A DNA stretch of 64,000 bases. Source: Tubiluchus corallicola. Lineage: Eukaryota; Animalia; Priapulida. The stretch covers positions 36,249 to 100,248 of the forward strand of contig JAQGDQ010000764.1 of assembly GCA_030141605.1 (NCBI GenBank). Direction: 5' to 3'. How positions within the stretch are numbered: position 1 is the first letter of the stretch; each line of letters starts with the position of its first letter. Of the stretch, positions 1 to 20,414 are shown one piece after another. A model generated the notes under the pieces. The model saw nothing but the letters and a program-made list of their open reading frames with translations. It was not told where the DNA came from and did no database searches. Position numbers and translations under genes: made by a program.

Positions 1-690
1 GGCACAACGAAATACAATTAATAATATTATTGGCTTATTTTGGGGAAATTCTGCTGTTTTTCTCAGTACATCACAATTTTATTTTATTAACATCCACTAG
101 TGAATATCAGAAACACTTGCAAAACTGGAATGCACTGCTTCATTAATATACTAAATAAACCAGCAGTATTGTGATAACTTTGTCTCTTTAAAACAGTTTA
201 GAACACCTTTAAACAGTAAATATTCCTTTAAAACAGTTTTGCAGGCTGTGAAATCTGAAGATTTAATTTCTGTTTCTAATATAAGATTACAATGGATCAC
301 AATACACTTAAAATGCTTTAATTCAAAAATTTGCTTCTATAAATTAAGTATTTCCGTGAAATGAATTCTGAAATGGAACCAAAACAAAATGATCATGCTT
401 GATAGGGAGATTGATAGATAGATGGGGCAAAATTTCAGAGATCAACTAAATCAACTAGACTTTTGGAAACTTCATTAAAAAGCATCACATAGAAGTAAAG
501 AGTTCAGAAGGTTCACTAACTGTTTGTACTCTGTATAATTTCCTGAGACCCATCAAACATAGTTACTGTTGACCCTAACAAGCTCATTCTCTCAAAACAC
601 AGCTGATTTTACTGTTGAAACGACCAAAATGCATTGTACCATCTTCCCCTCTCTCTCTCTCTGCATGCGAGGGCTGGAAGAGTGATACAC

Positions 691-700
691 AGAGAGAGAA

Positions 701-786
<86 letters not shown>

Positions 787-810
787 GAGAGAGAGAGAAA
801 GAGAGAGAGG

Positions 811-896
<86 letters not shown>

Positions 897-914
897 GAGA
901 GGAGAGAGAGAGAG

Positions 915-950
<36 letters not shown>

Positions 951-958
951 AGGGGGAG

Positions 959-1015
<57 letters not shown>
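691..1015. repeat. (GA)n microsatellite
   Basis: About 320 bp of nearly pure GA dinucleotide; explains the ER/SL ORFs at 584-1121. Confidence 0.98.
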
Positions 1016-1017
<2 letters not shown>

Positions 1018-1719
1018 TTATGAAGAAAATTGTTCCTAAGAACTTTAAAGAAATCTGCCCCCAGTTTCTAACACAAAAAAGATATAGTTTTGCAAGAAAA
1101 AAGAAATTAATCATAGTTTAAAGTGTAAAATTTTATATATGCATGCCAGCATAGTATGATATAAAAGATATACACATTCATGCCCTTCTAAAATATATGA
1201 TTTTTAAAGTGGATTCTTAAAAGCCAATGTTCAAACCCACCTAAACTTGGACCAGTAAATTTCTGTTTATTTTTAGAGTAAGAAAATAGACATCTTAGTT
1301 TTTTACTTTCTCTGTTTGAATGCCTGATGGCTTGTTGGACGTGACAACTCATAAAAATGCCACTGCGGTACAACTTGACATTGTAACTTTTAGTTTTAAT
1401 TTACAAGTCACCGAAACACAGTAGACTAGTTAGTAATTTGTTTCTGGATATAAGTAATCACCTACTTTGCAGATACATAAAACTGTCGTATGTAATGTTT
1501 ACGTTTCGAAGATAATTATCATTTAAGAAAACAAATTTCAACGTAATTAAGTCAATTCCATGCTGCATCCCACAAAACTGAAACTCTGACCATTGTTAGT
1601 ATCACAGACAAACCAAACAACAGTAGCAAACTGACAAATGGTACAATATTATCGTGGAAGAATTTGTAAAATTCAAACAAAAATTGCTCTAACAAACTTT
1701 TACAATTTACCTGACTTAC

Positions 1720-1743
1720 CCTGGGTAAAAGAGGTTCTTCTCC
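1720..1743 (-). CDS. MICU1: Candidate 24-nt MICU1 microexon (GEEPLLPR)
   Basis: Minus strand reads ttttggtctttag|GGAGAAGAACCTCTTTTACCCAGG|gtaagt. Perfect donor, phase 0-0, and it follows the phase-0 FDPR exon. Confidence 0.55.
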
Positions 1744-2280
1744 CTAAAGACCAAAACCATTATTTGACATTACATTAGTAACATCAGTAAAAATGTAAAA
1801 CTAAATACAGTAGTCACAATGAATTAAGTAACTCACAAAGAAAAAAACTAGTGTAAAATGAAATCCCACAAGTGTCAGCCTAGTTGCATGCACACAGAAA
1901 ACCAGACACAAGAACATATCAAGTTAAGGCATATGCACAGTGGCATGTTACAGTCCACACCATACAATGATCTACCACATTTAACATGGCAGTACAGTGT
2001 ATTCTCGATTATCTGTCTGAGCCGACAATCTGTCAACAATCCGTGCAATCTCATATGCCTCGTTAAATTTCTATTGCAGTAATTAGATTGCCTGTCTAGC
2101 TTTTGTATGAAATAAAAATTAAAAATATTAGTTATAGCAATTTAGCATTTTGTTGTTGTGGTTCGGTGCATTATGGTTTAAGCTTGCTACAAGCTTGAGC
2201 ATTGCCATTTTCATTTCTTTCAAACATTTCGGCTGCAATATTGCAAAACTAAAGAACACAATTTGTTTTTCTAGTGCAAA

Positions 2281-2418
2281 ATGATAACAAGTTCTGTTAA
2301 ATGATAATATGTTATGTTAAATGATAATAAGTTATATTAAATGAAAATAAGTTATGTTAAATGATAATATGTTATGTTAAATGATAATATGTTATGTTAA
2401 ATGATAGTATGTTATGTT
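2281..2418. repeat. 20-bp minisatellite (gttatgttaaatgataata(a/t))
   Basis: About 7 visible tandem units. Confidence 0.85.
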
Positions 2419-3607
2419 TCCTGTCACACAATTTCAGACAAAAATAGAAAATGCAGGAAAGCAAAGTGTATTAAACAAAAAAGATAATTTATGAGATCTA
2501 TAATTAAGAACTGCAATGCTGTTTTTACCAACTTTCATTATGCACAGGTTACATCATTTCTATTTTGGTCCCAAAAATTTTCTGCTGATTCTATGTTTAA
2601 ATGCCTACTAATCATTTTTTACTTCAAAGTCACAGAGGCAGCTCAGATGTCTCTGCTTGTCTCCTTTTTAAGAGTGAATGTGAGTGTAAGTGTGCCGCTG
2701 TCTGCCGAACCTTTTTTTTTATACAAGGCAGCTACCACACCTCACAAAACTAGGAAGTTCATAAAAAAAAACTAGATAAAATAAGTTTAAATAAAGAAAC
2801 ATTATGAGTTGGGATATTCTGACAGAAAAGAAACTTGATTATAAAACTGAGATATATATAAGATTGTAGGAAAAACCCTACAACAATTTAATAAAAGATC
2901 TATATATACGTACCAGCTTTGAAAGCAAAATTTGTGTAAACAAGTTTAAAATCATTTAACTGTTAGAATCATAGAAAAATTAGAGTTAGCCAAGTACATT
3001 TTTTCCAGCGCAGCCACTAGTTTCAATCACAAAAGAAAAGTATGCAGTTTAAGAATATGTCGGTCCACGGCTCTTAAGCATGTGACAACTGACAACATAC
3101 ACTATGTGAGGGACAGTACAGCATGTTATCTCAGACATGTGTGCATGGCAGCATGCATACAACAGCCTGGTTGCTAGGGTTGCGAGCCCACAGTGCTGGA
3201 CCTATGAAGCAGACAATTCGGTGACGTACTCAGTTTCCGTACACGTGTAAAGGATGAATTAGAGAAACCAGACTCGTATTGAATATTATCGAGCGAAAAT
3301 AGGGGGTGCTGCAGTTACACAGTGTCTATCAAACCCTCAAAATTCGTTGTAGAAACCAGGCATGTCTTGTACAGCCTGCAGTTTAAATTCTATGATTTAA
3401 AGAACTCAAAAAACCCTCCGGCACATTTTGCAGACTGGGACAAGCTTGTTCGTTGAACACCGACCAATGTCATTTTTTTATCATCTTAACATTCCCTCAA
3501 CCTATCAGGATTGCTCCAGTGTGTTTGGTGGGTTTGAGGTCCCGTAAATTTCCAGGGCATTCAATTCGATCCAAAACATTAGACGCAACTCACTGCTCCA
3601 ATCATAC

Positions 3608-3622
3608 CCTCAAGATTACTAG
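3608..3622 (-). CDS. MICU1: Weaker candidate 15-nt MICU1 microexon (LVILR)
   Basis: Minus strand reads ctttgcgtatctcacaacag|CTAGTAATCTTGAGG|gtatga. Phase 0-0, with a TGC in the acceptor tract. Confidence 0.3.
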
Positions 3623-4109
3623 CTGTTGTGAGATACGCAAAGTTGTCACACTAAATTTTGAGATATGACAAATTAGCAATTGCTTCAGCAACACTTTGGT
3701 GCAATAAATTACTGGTACTGGTGGTTTTTATATGCCCCTGGAAGAAAGTTATGTACTGCCTTGTTTGCAGCTGCATACTGTCTGATACAAGATGTCTGAT
3801 AAGGTCTGATTTCGAAATTCTACCACGTTCCATGATTCTTACAAAAAGACAGCACAGAGAGAAAAATCTTTCTCTCTTTTTTGATATACATATAGTACAT
3901 TTCATACGACTTTTGATATGCCAGCACACCCTTAAGACTACTCTAGTCACATGTGACTTGAAAGCATGTACTTAGTATGTATAAAAAAGTATATAAAATG
4001 TACAAAAAGGCAATGTGTTTTTAATATTAACTAATGTGAAACATGCATGTACTATAGTGAAATGTTTATTATTGTTTTGATCAGCCCTGTTGGCCATATA
4101 TCAATAAAA

Positions 4110-4111
4110 TA

Positions 4112-4167
<56 letters not shown>

Positions 4168-4203
4168 TCTATCTATTTGTCTATCTGTCTATCTGTCTAT
4201 CTG

Positions 4204-4270
<67 letters not shown>

Positions 4271-4271
4271 G

Positions 4272-4308
<37 letters not shown>

Positions 4309-4310
4309 GT
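4110..4310. repeat. (TCTG)n/(TCTA)n microsatellite
   Basis: Read directly; explains the LSIY ORF at 4047-4373. Confidence 0.97.
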
Positions 4311-4687
4311 ATCTCTATTGCCTGCACAGGCTTCAGTCGGAATTCAACACAGATGATCATGAGTACACTGTAGACACTAGTGCATATTACACAACATGTA
4401 TTGAAATACTCATATGCTACAAGAGACAGCTGTTAGCCTGCTAGCATACGATAACAGTTAACGGCAGGGTGATATAAAATCATTATTATTATTACAGCAC
4501 GCTTATGTTTGCTAATGAAAATAAATATGGAAATACTACTGTAACACAAAATTTGTCCAGTCTGTAACACAACAAAGCAACAACTATTTAGCAGTTCAGA
4601 TGAATAACAAAATACATGTACAAGACATCACTTGTGTATCATAAGATTTGTATGTGGGTAGCTAAAAATAAACAATCTGTAACTTAC

Positions 4688-5619
4688 ACGAGGATCGAAT
4701 GTTTTAAACTGATCCAAACCAAGACCTATCAAAAAAAAACATTTTCGCATGAATGCAAATTTTTTCAAAGTAATACTAAAAAAGCTTTTTATTCAAATTT
4801 TTCTGAAACTGCTACAGTATTTTTCATGTCTTACCCTCGGGCTGCTTCATTCCGGGAGTTATGGAGCGCAGAAAATCATCAGGTGTCATGAAGATGTCCG
4901 AGTCACCACCTGATGTATAAACTTTCAAAGTAGCAAATAGCCGGAAAATTTTGTCAGGTGTGGAATATGCCCGTATCCTATTTTCATATTCTATTATCTA
5001 TAATGATGCAATTGCACAATATAGTAATGATAACATGTTACTAAATACAGATGCATAGTTTGAAGTACAATTGACATGTGAAAACTGCGATAAGGCACAT
5101 TAATGTATTGATTTACGAAAGCCTTGCAACACATTCAATGGTATCCGTACACAACATTTGTAACACATTCAGTGGTATCCGTACACAACATTTGCAACAC
5201 AATCAGTGGTATCCGTACACAACATTTGCAACACAATCAGTGGTATTTGTATAGAACCTTTTAAATCATTCAGTGACTGGTTAAATCACTGCAATGTGAT
5301 TTATTTTCCATATATATATATATAAAAGTTTGTGCTCGTACAGTAGCAGGAAAGAGTCATAGATCTTATAAGACCTATTTTGAATGGTGCGATCCTGAAG
5401 GAGATAAAGAGCTTTCATACTTTTCTATCACGAAACCCTGGTTTCTTGCGTTTCTTTTTTGCAGGTACCACTGCGCCCTCTTCGGCTTCCACTGCTTGTT
5501 CGGCATCAACAGGCTCGAGTTGCTTTGCATCAACTTTAAATTTGGCTTTGAGATAATCTTTCAACTCATCATACAGCTCTCCAAGACTGAAAATAATACT
5601 CCATTGGACAAGTGCGAAC

Positions 5620-5681
<62 letters not shown>

Positions 5682-8044
5682 CTTTATTAAATTCGGCTTT
5701 TTGGATCAACAATATAATTAAGCTCCAAAAAGTCTGTTGGCCGACTGTAAATAATAAACTACAACAACATAACAGAGGCTATTATTACCCCACTTTTACC
5801 CTAAATACCACGTGCCAGCAGGGCAACAGCAGCTACCATTTTTCAAGCTTTTTTTATGACCCAGCCACTGTATCAAACTCATGGTCTGCCAGACGAAAAG
5901 TGAAAGCATTACCACTAGACTAAACCGTCTGGTAAAATCAGAATGTAAAGATCCGCAGCTCATAGCTCATAGTTTAATTTTGTTCTAGCACAAAGGTTAA
6001 AAAGTATTAAATATGGTATTCAAAAAGTAGCGAAGCTGCCTGAGGTAATTTATGATGAGCACCAATCCTGCTAATTCAGTAGATTTGTCAGGGGAGGAAA
6101 GTAAATTTTCTTGTAAAGTTGAAAAACTAACTCCAAGATAAACAGGAGAGCTGGGCAGCAGTATTTCGCATTTACCTGCTAAACGACTTTGTGATACTAG
6201 AATCCAAAATTGCACGAAAGATGTATCAAAAACAATGTCTTCGTTAGTTCTCATTTACGAAAAAAAATCCCCTATTTTTGTCGAGAATTTAAATTCCGCT
6301 TTATTCATATGGTCTTCAATACAGTTCAAGCCTTTAACTAGGTCAATTTCTAGAGAAAGATATGTATAGTTTATGGTACGACTTCTTCCTGTATACAATA
6401 AAGAATATAGCTTACAAATGTCTATATCTAAAGATAATTTTCTTTCTATGTATTGGATCTAAAACTTTGTAACAAATGGTTCCGAAACCCGGGATTGAAC
6501 CAAGGACCTTTAGATTGTTCTTGTTCCTAAAGTAATGATGGTTGTCCCGAAAGCCGGGATTGAACCAAGGACCTTTAAACTGTTCTTGTTCCTAAAGTAA
6601 TAATGGTTGTTCATTATGAACTTGCCAATAAAGATTATTAAGTCAAACAACATAAATTTATCATTAACAAAGCAAATAGTCTCTGTATTTATCCCAATAA
6701 TCTTTAAAGCACAAAAAAATGCTCTCCATAAATAAAGCTAAAAAATTGGTCTTAAAATTTTGTATCACTAGCATACAAACTTATTGTGCACAGAGCTTGC
6801 ATTAGTAGCATCACTGTGTAAAAATTGTTAATTTAAATCACTTGGGAATAAGTTTAGGTAACACTGCATAAAGTTTGAAAAAATAATCAACACATTCGCC
6901 GCACATTCTTCGCTAACTAAGCAAAAGTTTAAAATATTTTATATTGTCAATAACATCAATAATGTTTTTTTGTAAGTGAGTCATGCACAGGATGAGCCCA
7001 AATATCTTAAATTATTAAGATTTTTTTCTAATTGCATAAGTTTTTCAAATAGCTACGCATAATACGAAGTAGTATAACTGTATGAAAAGTTTTTTGGAAC
7101 GTACTTTAAAATTTCTCTTTCTTACCCCTTAAATACTCTATGTTTATAAGTAAAAAACTACATAAACAAAGTAAGCTACCAAGCATCAGAATGTAGTACA
7201 AGGAGAATATATATGCCAGAAATTTTTTTCGTTAAGTCACTATTGTTAAAATTTACAAAACTATCATGAAGCCACGACGTAGTCAATTCCATACGACATA
7301 GTTATATCCTGTGTTTTCAAAATTTACGTCGCGCTTAAAACTTCAATTTTCTTCATTATTAAAGTCTTAACAGCTTTCAAGAGAGAGAGTTTTAGAGAGT
7401 TTTATTCATTTTCCACATTGCATCATTACAATTAGCATTAAAATACAGATAATTTTCCATTTGAGTAAATATAAATAGGAATAAATGCAATATTATTAAG
7501 AAATTTCATAATGCGGGATATACATGTGCAAATTTCATTACAGAATAATTTTTTGATGCATACAGTTTGAGCCTAAAAGCATAGCTTGACAGGCCAAGTC
7601 AATATAGGCTATAACAACTTATTACAATACTTACTACTCATAATCCAATGTTGAAAGCAAAACCATGCTAGCAAGTATAGTGTAAAAAATTTTGCTGAAC
7701 AAACTGCCAACTGGTCTCTGATGTCCAAAGTCTTTGTAGCCTCGTTTGCTGTAATATTCATTGCCGACTCTAGTGAGTAGAAAAGACGTCTGTTTAAAAA
7801 CTCTATACCTGGCACCATAACTATAACTAGAATGAAAATGTGCAGGAAACAGTACAGGATTTAGAGAATGACAACGAAAGTAAGCACTTTTAAGGCATCC
7901 TCTCCTGTTAGCATCACCATTTGTACGATATCCACCACCAAAGTAATTTGCACAGCGAACTGAAAGCAGCCGAAGCTGTAACAATGAGCGTTGTTGCAAA
8001 TGTCCACCACAAAGCTTCACTCGCAGAATATGCATCTTTTGCAT
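4688..8044 (-). CDS. MICU1: Mitochondrial calcium uptake protein 1 (MICU1), 5' part; gene continues off the left edge
   Basis: Phase-consistent GT-AG exons: 8044-7635 (ATG at 8044 or 8035; acceptor at 8067-8068, so an upstream UTR exon exists; Arg-rich presequence then a hydrophobic segment), 5586-5421, 4997-4835 and 4725-4688. The spliced product contains [39 protein letters not shown]...[31 protein letters not shown]. This matches the recalled MICU1 signature (polybasic motif plus [23 protein letters not shown]). Confidence 0.95.
5125..5252. repeat. 31-bp tandem repeat, about 4 copies
   Basis: Unit tgcaacacattcagtggtatccgtacacaacatt-like, inside a MICU1 intron. Confidence 0.85.
5620..5679. 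repeat. (AAT)n microsatellite
   Basis: Read directly; lies about 30 nt from the MICU1 exon acceptor. Confidence 0.97.
5785..5935 (-). mobile_element. Degenerate tRNA-derived SINE
   Basis: Minus strand begins ccagacggtttagtctagtggtaatgc...gagtttgatac (A-box and B-box-like), followed by a SINE-like body gggtcataaaaaagcttgaaaaatggtagctgctgttgccctgctggcacg. Confidence 0.55.
6477..6612 (-). pseudogene. Duplicated tRNA-Phe 3'-half fragment ending in ACCA
   Basis: Minus strand ATCTAAAGGTCCTTGGTTCAATCCCGGGTTTCGGAACCA resembles the 3' half of eukaryotic tRNA-Phe (…ATCTAAAGGTCCCTGGTTCGATCCCGGGTTTCGGCA+CCA). The 65-bp unit occurs twice; there is no 5' half. Confidence 0.7.
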
Positions 8045-8883
8045 TATCCTCGTGCTGATTTTGCACCTGGAAAGCAATTATTTTTAATGTAATTATTCAC
8101 TGTAGGCATAACTGCAATTTCATATTACTTTATTGCTCGTACTTTGAATCTTTCATAGATAAATTGCCGTTTAGAAACAAGGTCACACAGGGTTAGGAGC
8201 TGAAAACAATAACATCTGATTTTAAATTTTTTTTGTTGGCTTGTAAATATCTGTCACAAAAGTGGAACTCGGTCAGTTTTCACAAATTCAACTACAATGA
8301 CATCAAAACACTTTCCTTAGTAACATTTCAGTGTGATTTTCTAAAAATGAACATATTGGCAACATGTGACAGACCATGAGGAACAGACCTAGTAATACAA
8401 TTAACTAAGTTTATGTTGCCCAACTCAGCTGATACATTACTTAGCAATTTCATTATCAGTGTCACTTATGTCAACTTGCTAAATAATTTTTTGTTAGCTT
8501 AGCATTTTTCTCCATTCTGCAAACTAGCAAGATATTTTAAACTTCCACACGATTGCGGCAGAATTCCCATAGTCCTAAATTGAGAAACTGAGTGGCACTA
8601 TCACACACAGAGAGAGGTTATGGCACTAAAACATTGTTCATATTGATATAACACTGGACCTATATGAACTTTGGCGGGTTTTGCTGCCACTGCTTTCAAG
8701 ACGTTTCTAAAATTCCTGCCTTGAGCAAAAATGTACAAAATCGCCGAGGAGCTTATGCAAAAGATCTACTCTGAATAGGAAATAAGCATTATCCCTACCC
8801 TAATCATGACACCTGACTACTTTTACGAATGTCCTCCAGTCTCTTGCTGTAGTAGATACCTTGTATTGTAATCATCCATACAT

Positions 8884-9309
8884 TAGGGGTGAGCATTGAA
8901 CGTTCGAATCAAATTCGAACGCTTGAATTCGATTCGAACGAGTTTTTTTAGTTCGAACTCGATTCGAATCCAAAACTATAGATTCGAATAATTCAGCTCT
9001 TCAACGACACATGTTCCTGATCACTAAAACGATTGAAACATCATGCAATTAGCATAATTTAGCAGTGATTTCTGTGCACAATTTTAAACAAATTACAAGT
9101 CATTTTACTGCAGAACAAAATCTTGTGATACACATGATCTCTGTAAGACTAATTTTTACCGGTGGTTCGAAAACTTGTTCTAAAATCGTTCAATCTCAAT
9201 TCGAATTCGGTTCGAATTCGAAACACTGAAATTCGGTTCGATTCGAATTCGAAAGTCACAAATTCGGTTCGATTCGAATTCGCTTTCCGGTAGAGAATGC
9301 TCACCCCTA
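8884..9309 (+). mobile_element. hAT-type MITE, copy 1
   Basis: TIR TAGGGGTGAGCATT...AATGCTCACCCCTA; perfect 8-bp TSD CCATACAT (8876-8883 and 9310-9317); TTCGAA-rich subterminal repeats. Confidence 0.93.
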
Positions 9310-10016
9310 CCATACATGTTTTGTTGATACCATGTAGGACCTATATCGTATATGTTTGCATCTAATTACTTTATATTATATTTTAATTTATAAGATTTTA
9401 TATAAAAGTCTCCTATTTTGGCACCTCTGAGGTACGACTGAAAGCAGAGCAAGCTTTTGCAAATATTCACAATGAATCCTCTGCAGAGACTCTTTATGTT
9501 CTGACACTGATAAATGTGTTGACGTACGACCAATCTCACAACCTGCTTATTGTTATGGTAAACAATGCACTGACGCAGTCAATCTCTTGCCAGTGTACTA
9601 ATTTTATTTCAAAAACGACTCAGAGCTTTGCAGAAATCTTAGAATATTACTTTGGTTGTGAAGAAAATCTTATACTTTATATAATACTATAGTTATACAC
9701 ATAATATTCATCAAGGCCTAATCAAGCAAGTAAAAGATCCTCGGCAGTTACCGATTACATTGTCGTAGGCTGTAGAGTATACAGTGATTAATCACAGTAC
9801 CTAACTCAATAGCACGTTATTATTTACATGCATGTTAATTTTTTAATCAACCATTTTGGGGCAAGCAGCATAATTATGCGATTTATCTTTGGGTATGATT
9901 ACAATAGCCAGAACCTTTGAATCACAATGTCACAGACATGGAGTCACAGATAAAAATTTTACAAGTACATTATTATCCATGGTCGCCACGTTAATTTTTC
10001 CTTGACGAATCATGAT

Positions 10017-10387
10017 TAGGGGTGAGCATTCTCTACCAGAAAGCGAATTTGAGTCGAACCGAATTTGTGACTTTCGAATTCGAACCGAATTCGAATTGAG
10101 ATTGAAAGACTTTCGAACTAGTTTTCGAACCACCAGTAAAAATTAGTCTTACAAAGACCATGCATGTCACTTGATTTTGTTCTAAAATAAAACAACAAGT
10201 AATTGGCATGAGATTGTGCACAGAAATCATAGCTAAATCACTCTAATTGCATGGTGTTTCAATCGTCTTAGTGATAAAGAACATATGTGATTGAAGTGCT
10301 GAATTATTCGAATCTATAGTTTTGGATTCAAAGCGAGTTCGAACTAAAAAAACTCGTTCGAACTCGAACGTTCAATGCTCACCCCTA
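10017..10387 (-). mobile_element. hAT-type MITE, copy 2 (inverted relative to copy 1)
   Basis: Same TIR; perfect 8-bp TSD ATCATGAT (10009-10016 and 10388-10395); the interior is the reverse complement of copy 1. Confidence 0.93.
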
Positions 10388-11460
10388 ATCATGATCTAAC
10401 ACAGTTTTAGCTTGTGTGAAGGGAGTGTACAACCAAGAGATCGTTCATTTACGATTTGCTTGTAATATGCAGTCAGTGATTGTAGAGAATGCTATTTTGT
10501 AAAACGGGGCAACATGCACAAAAATAGCGGTAAGAAAATTTTTTCGTAGGGGGAGATAGCATTAGTGCTTTTACATTAAATATATTACTACAATAGGTCA
10601 CTGGTCATTGTTGCTATTAAGAGTATTAAATAAGAGGATTTGAAGATTAATAAAAGTGTCAAGCAGTAAAACTTCACCCCTTGAAGGTCTATCACCATAT
10701 TAAGGTTACCATTACTTTTACTTTCAGATAAACTGCAATAATCAAATAAATATGATGCCAGCAATTAAATTTATTGTAAAGAAGATCTTGCATCATGGAA
10801 TTCTCATTCGATGCAGGCTGCCATCAATGATAGAAAAGTTTTAGTTGAGCCTAGGAGAAGTTAATAGCAGAACTATTAATCCATATGGCTTGTATTATAT
10901 ATTAGTATTATATTAATTACATATATTAGTATTGGCTATCATATATCTATATATCCTTGTCTCTTGTGCAAAACCGTGTCACAGCAACTGTTGTTGAAGT
11001 ACTGTAAAAACCAATGAAAAATGTGGTCATCATATTCCCGTATTTGTCGGAAGTATACTTGTGTACATAGTAAAAAACTTAGGCTGCTGTCAAATGAGGT
11101 GAGAGACTTGAGTGGATCAAAAATTGTTGCTTGTTATTAGTATTATCTTTGGAAAGTAGAATAATACAAAATAATAACAAAGGCGACTTTTTTAAATGAT
11201 CCAAAATATATAAGCTAATGTAATATTTTTCAGCATCATGTTCAGCATGAATATGTGTCTTATGTAGTTAATTTGTGCAGTTTCATTTTTTGCAGCTTTC
11301 GGTATTACATGTACATTAAAAGTTTCACATTTTCTTTCAAACTTTATTAATAAATATGCTGAATCATAATTATGGTCTTCACTCTTCGATCTTCATTGCC
11401 TCTCTGCGCAAGAAGTAAGAGTCGGGACAATTGATCATGAAAATTATTCGAATAACTCCA

Positions 11461-11512
11461 GAATTTCCCGCGGAATCGTGCGCCGCGGGATTGCGCGCAA
11501 CGGCGGGAAGCT
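11461..11512 (+). promoter_or_regulatory. CpG-rich PCNA promoter with clustered E2F-like sites
   Basis: TTTCCCGC (11464-11471), CCGCGGGA, TTGCGCGC and GGCGGGAA within 50 bp, about 120-160 bp upstream of the PCNA ATG in otherwise AT-rich DNA. E2F control of PCNA is established in animals. Confidence 0.75.
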
Positions 11513-11627
11513 AAGAGTGTTTTTTGTTAGGAAAAGTTAAGAAGCGTGTTGATACTGGTGTTTCCTTCACCTTCCGTTACCATTTAAGTTTATTACTGTT
11601 TTTATTTCTTTAATACCTTTTATAACC

Positions 11628-19708
<8,081 letters not shown>

Positions 19709-19940
19709 CACCATGGAAAATGTTTTGATTAGCACAGGTACTGTACTCTACTAATGTAGCTGATATGTAAAGATGGAGTGCAAAGATGTTGCTCTTCGGC
19801 ATGGAACATGGGTAGTGACTGAGAGAATTCCACCTCTATATTTGTAAACATGCATACCAACGAGAAATACAAAATAAATGGTGTTTGGTGATGGCTGGTT
19901 TTATTCTCAATTTCTTCAAAGTTTATTCATAAATAAATAT

Positions 19941-20414
19941 TAAGGCTGAGATGGTTAACCATTTAAATTCTAACCGACCGCTAACTGGTGTAACCGTTTA
20001 GAAAATCACTCTAACTGTTTAACCATTACTTAGCCAACTAATCTACATATATGTATTAATTAAAAACCTTGTATCTTTTTCGAGTTGGGGTATGCAGTTA
20101 GCAATATCCCACTTACGAAATATTGTACTATTTACAACATTGTTTCAATTAATCTGGTTGCCTAAGAAGCATCTAAACAGTAAATTGCAAAACGTTTTTC
20201 ATTCGCGTATGTTACGAGGATGCCGCCATGTTGGACATTCTCGTTGGCGCATGAACTGCACCGCTTACTCGTGCAAGGAATGAATGAATGTTTGGATGAC
20301 GTCATCGGGAACAGCTAACTGACCGCAATTAATAACGATTAAATGGTTATTAAGCCTAATAGTAGTTAAAAAAACCTAACCATCTAACCCTAATAAATAA
20401 CCATCTCAGCCCTG
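19941..20414. mobile_element. hAT-like MITE just downstream of the PCNA polyA site
   Basis: TIR (T/C)A(A/G)GGCTGAGATGGTTA...TAACCATCTCAGCCCTG with TAACC subterminal repeats; TSD not recognisable. Confidence 0.65.

Noticed and set aside
584-1121. ER-rich and SL-rich ORFs
   Set aside because: Translations of the (GA)n microsatellite.
2998-3016. Exon-like TGGCTGCGCTGGAAAAAAT in the MICU1 intron (similarly ~521-542)
   Set aside because: 19 and 22 nt, so not frame-preserving; weak donors.
6477-6515. Functional tRNA-Phe gene
   Set aside because: The 5' half, D-arm and anticodon are missing.
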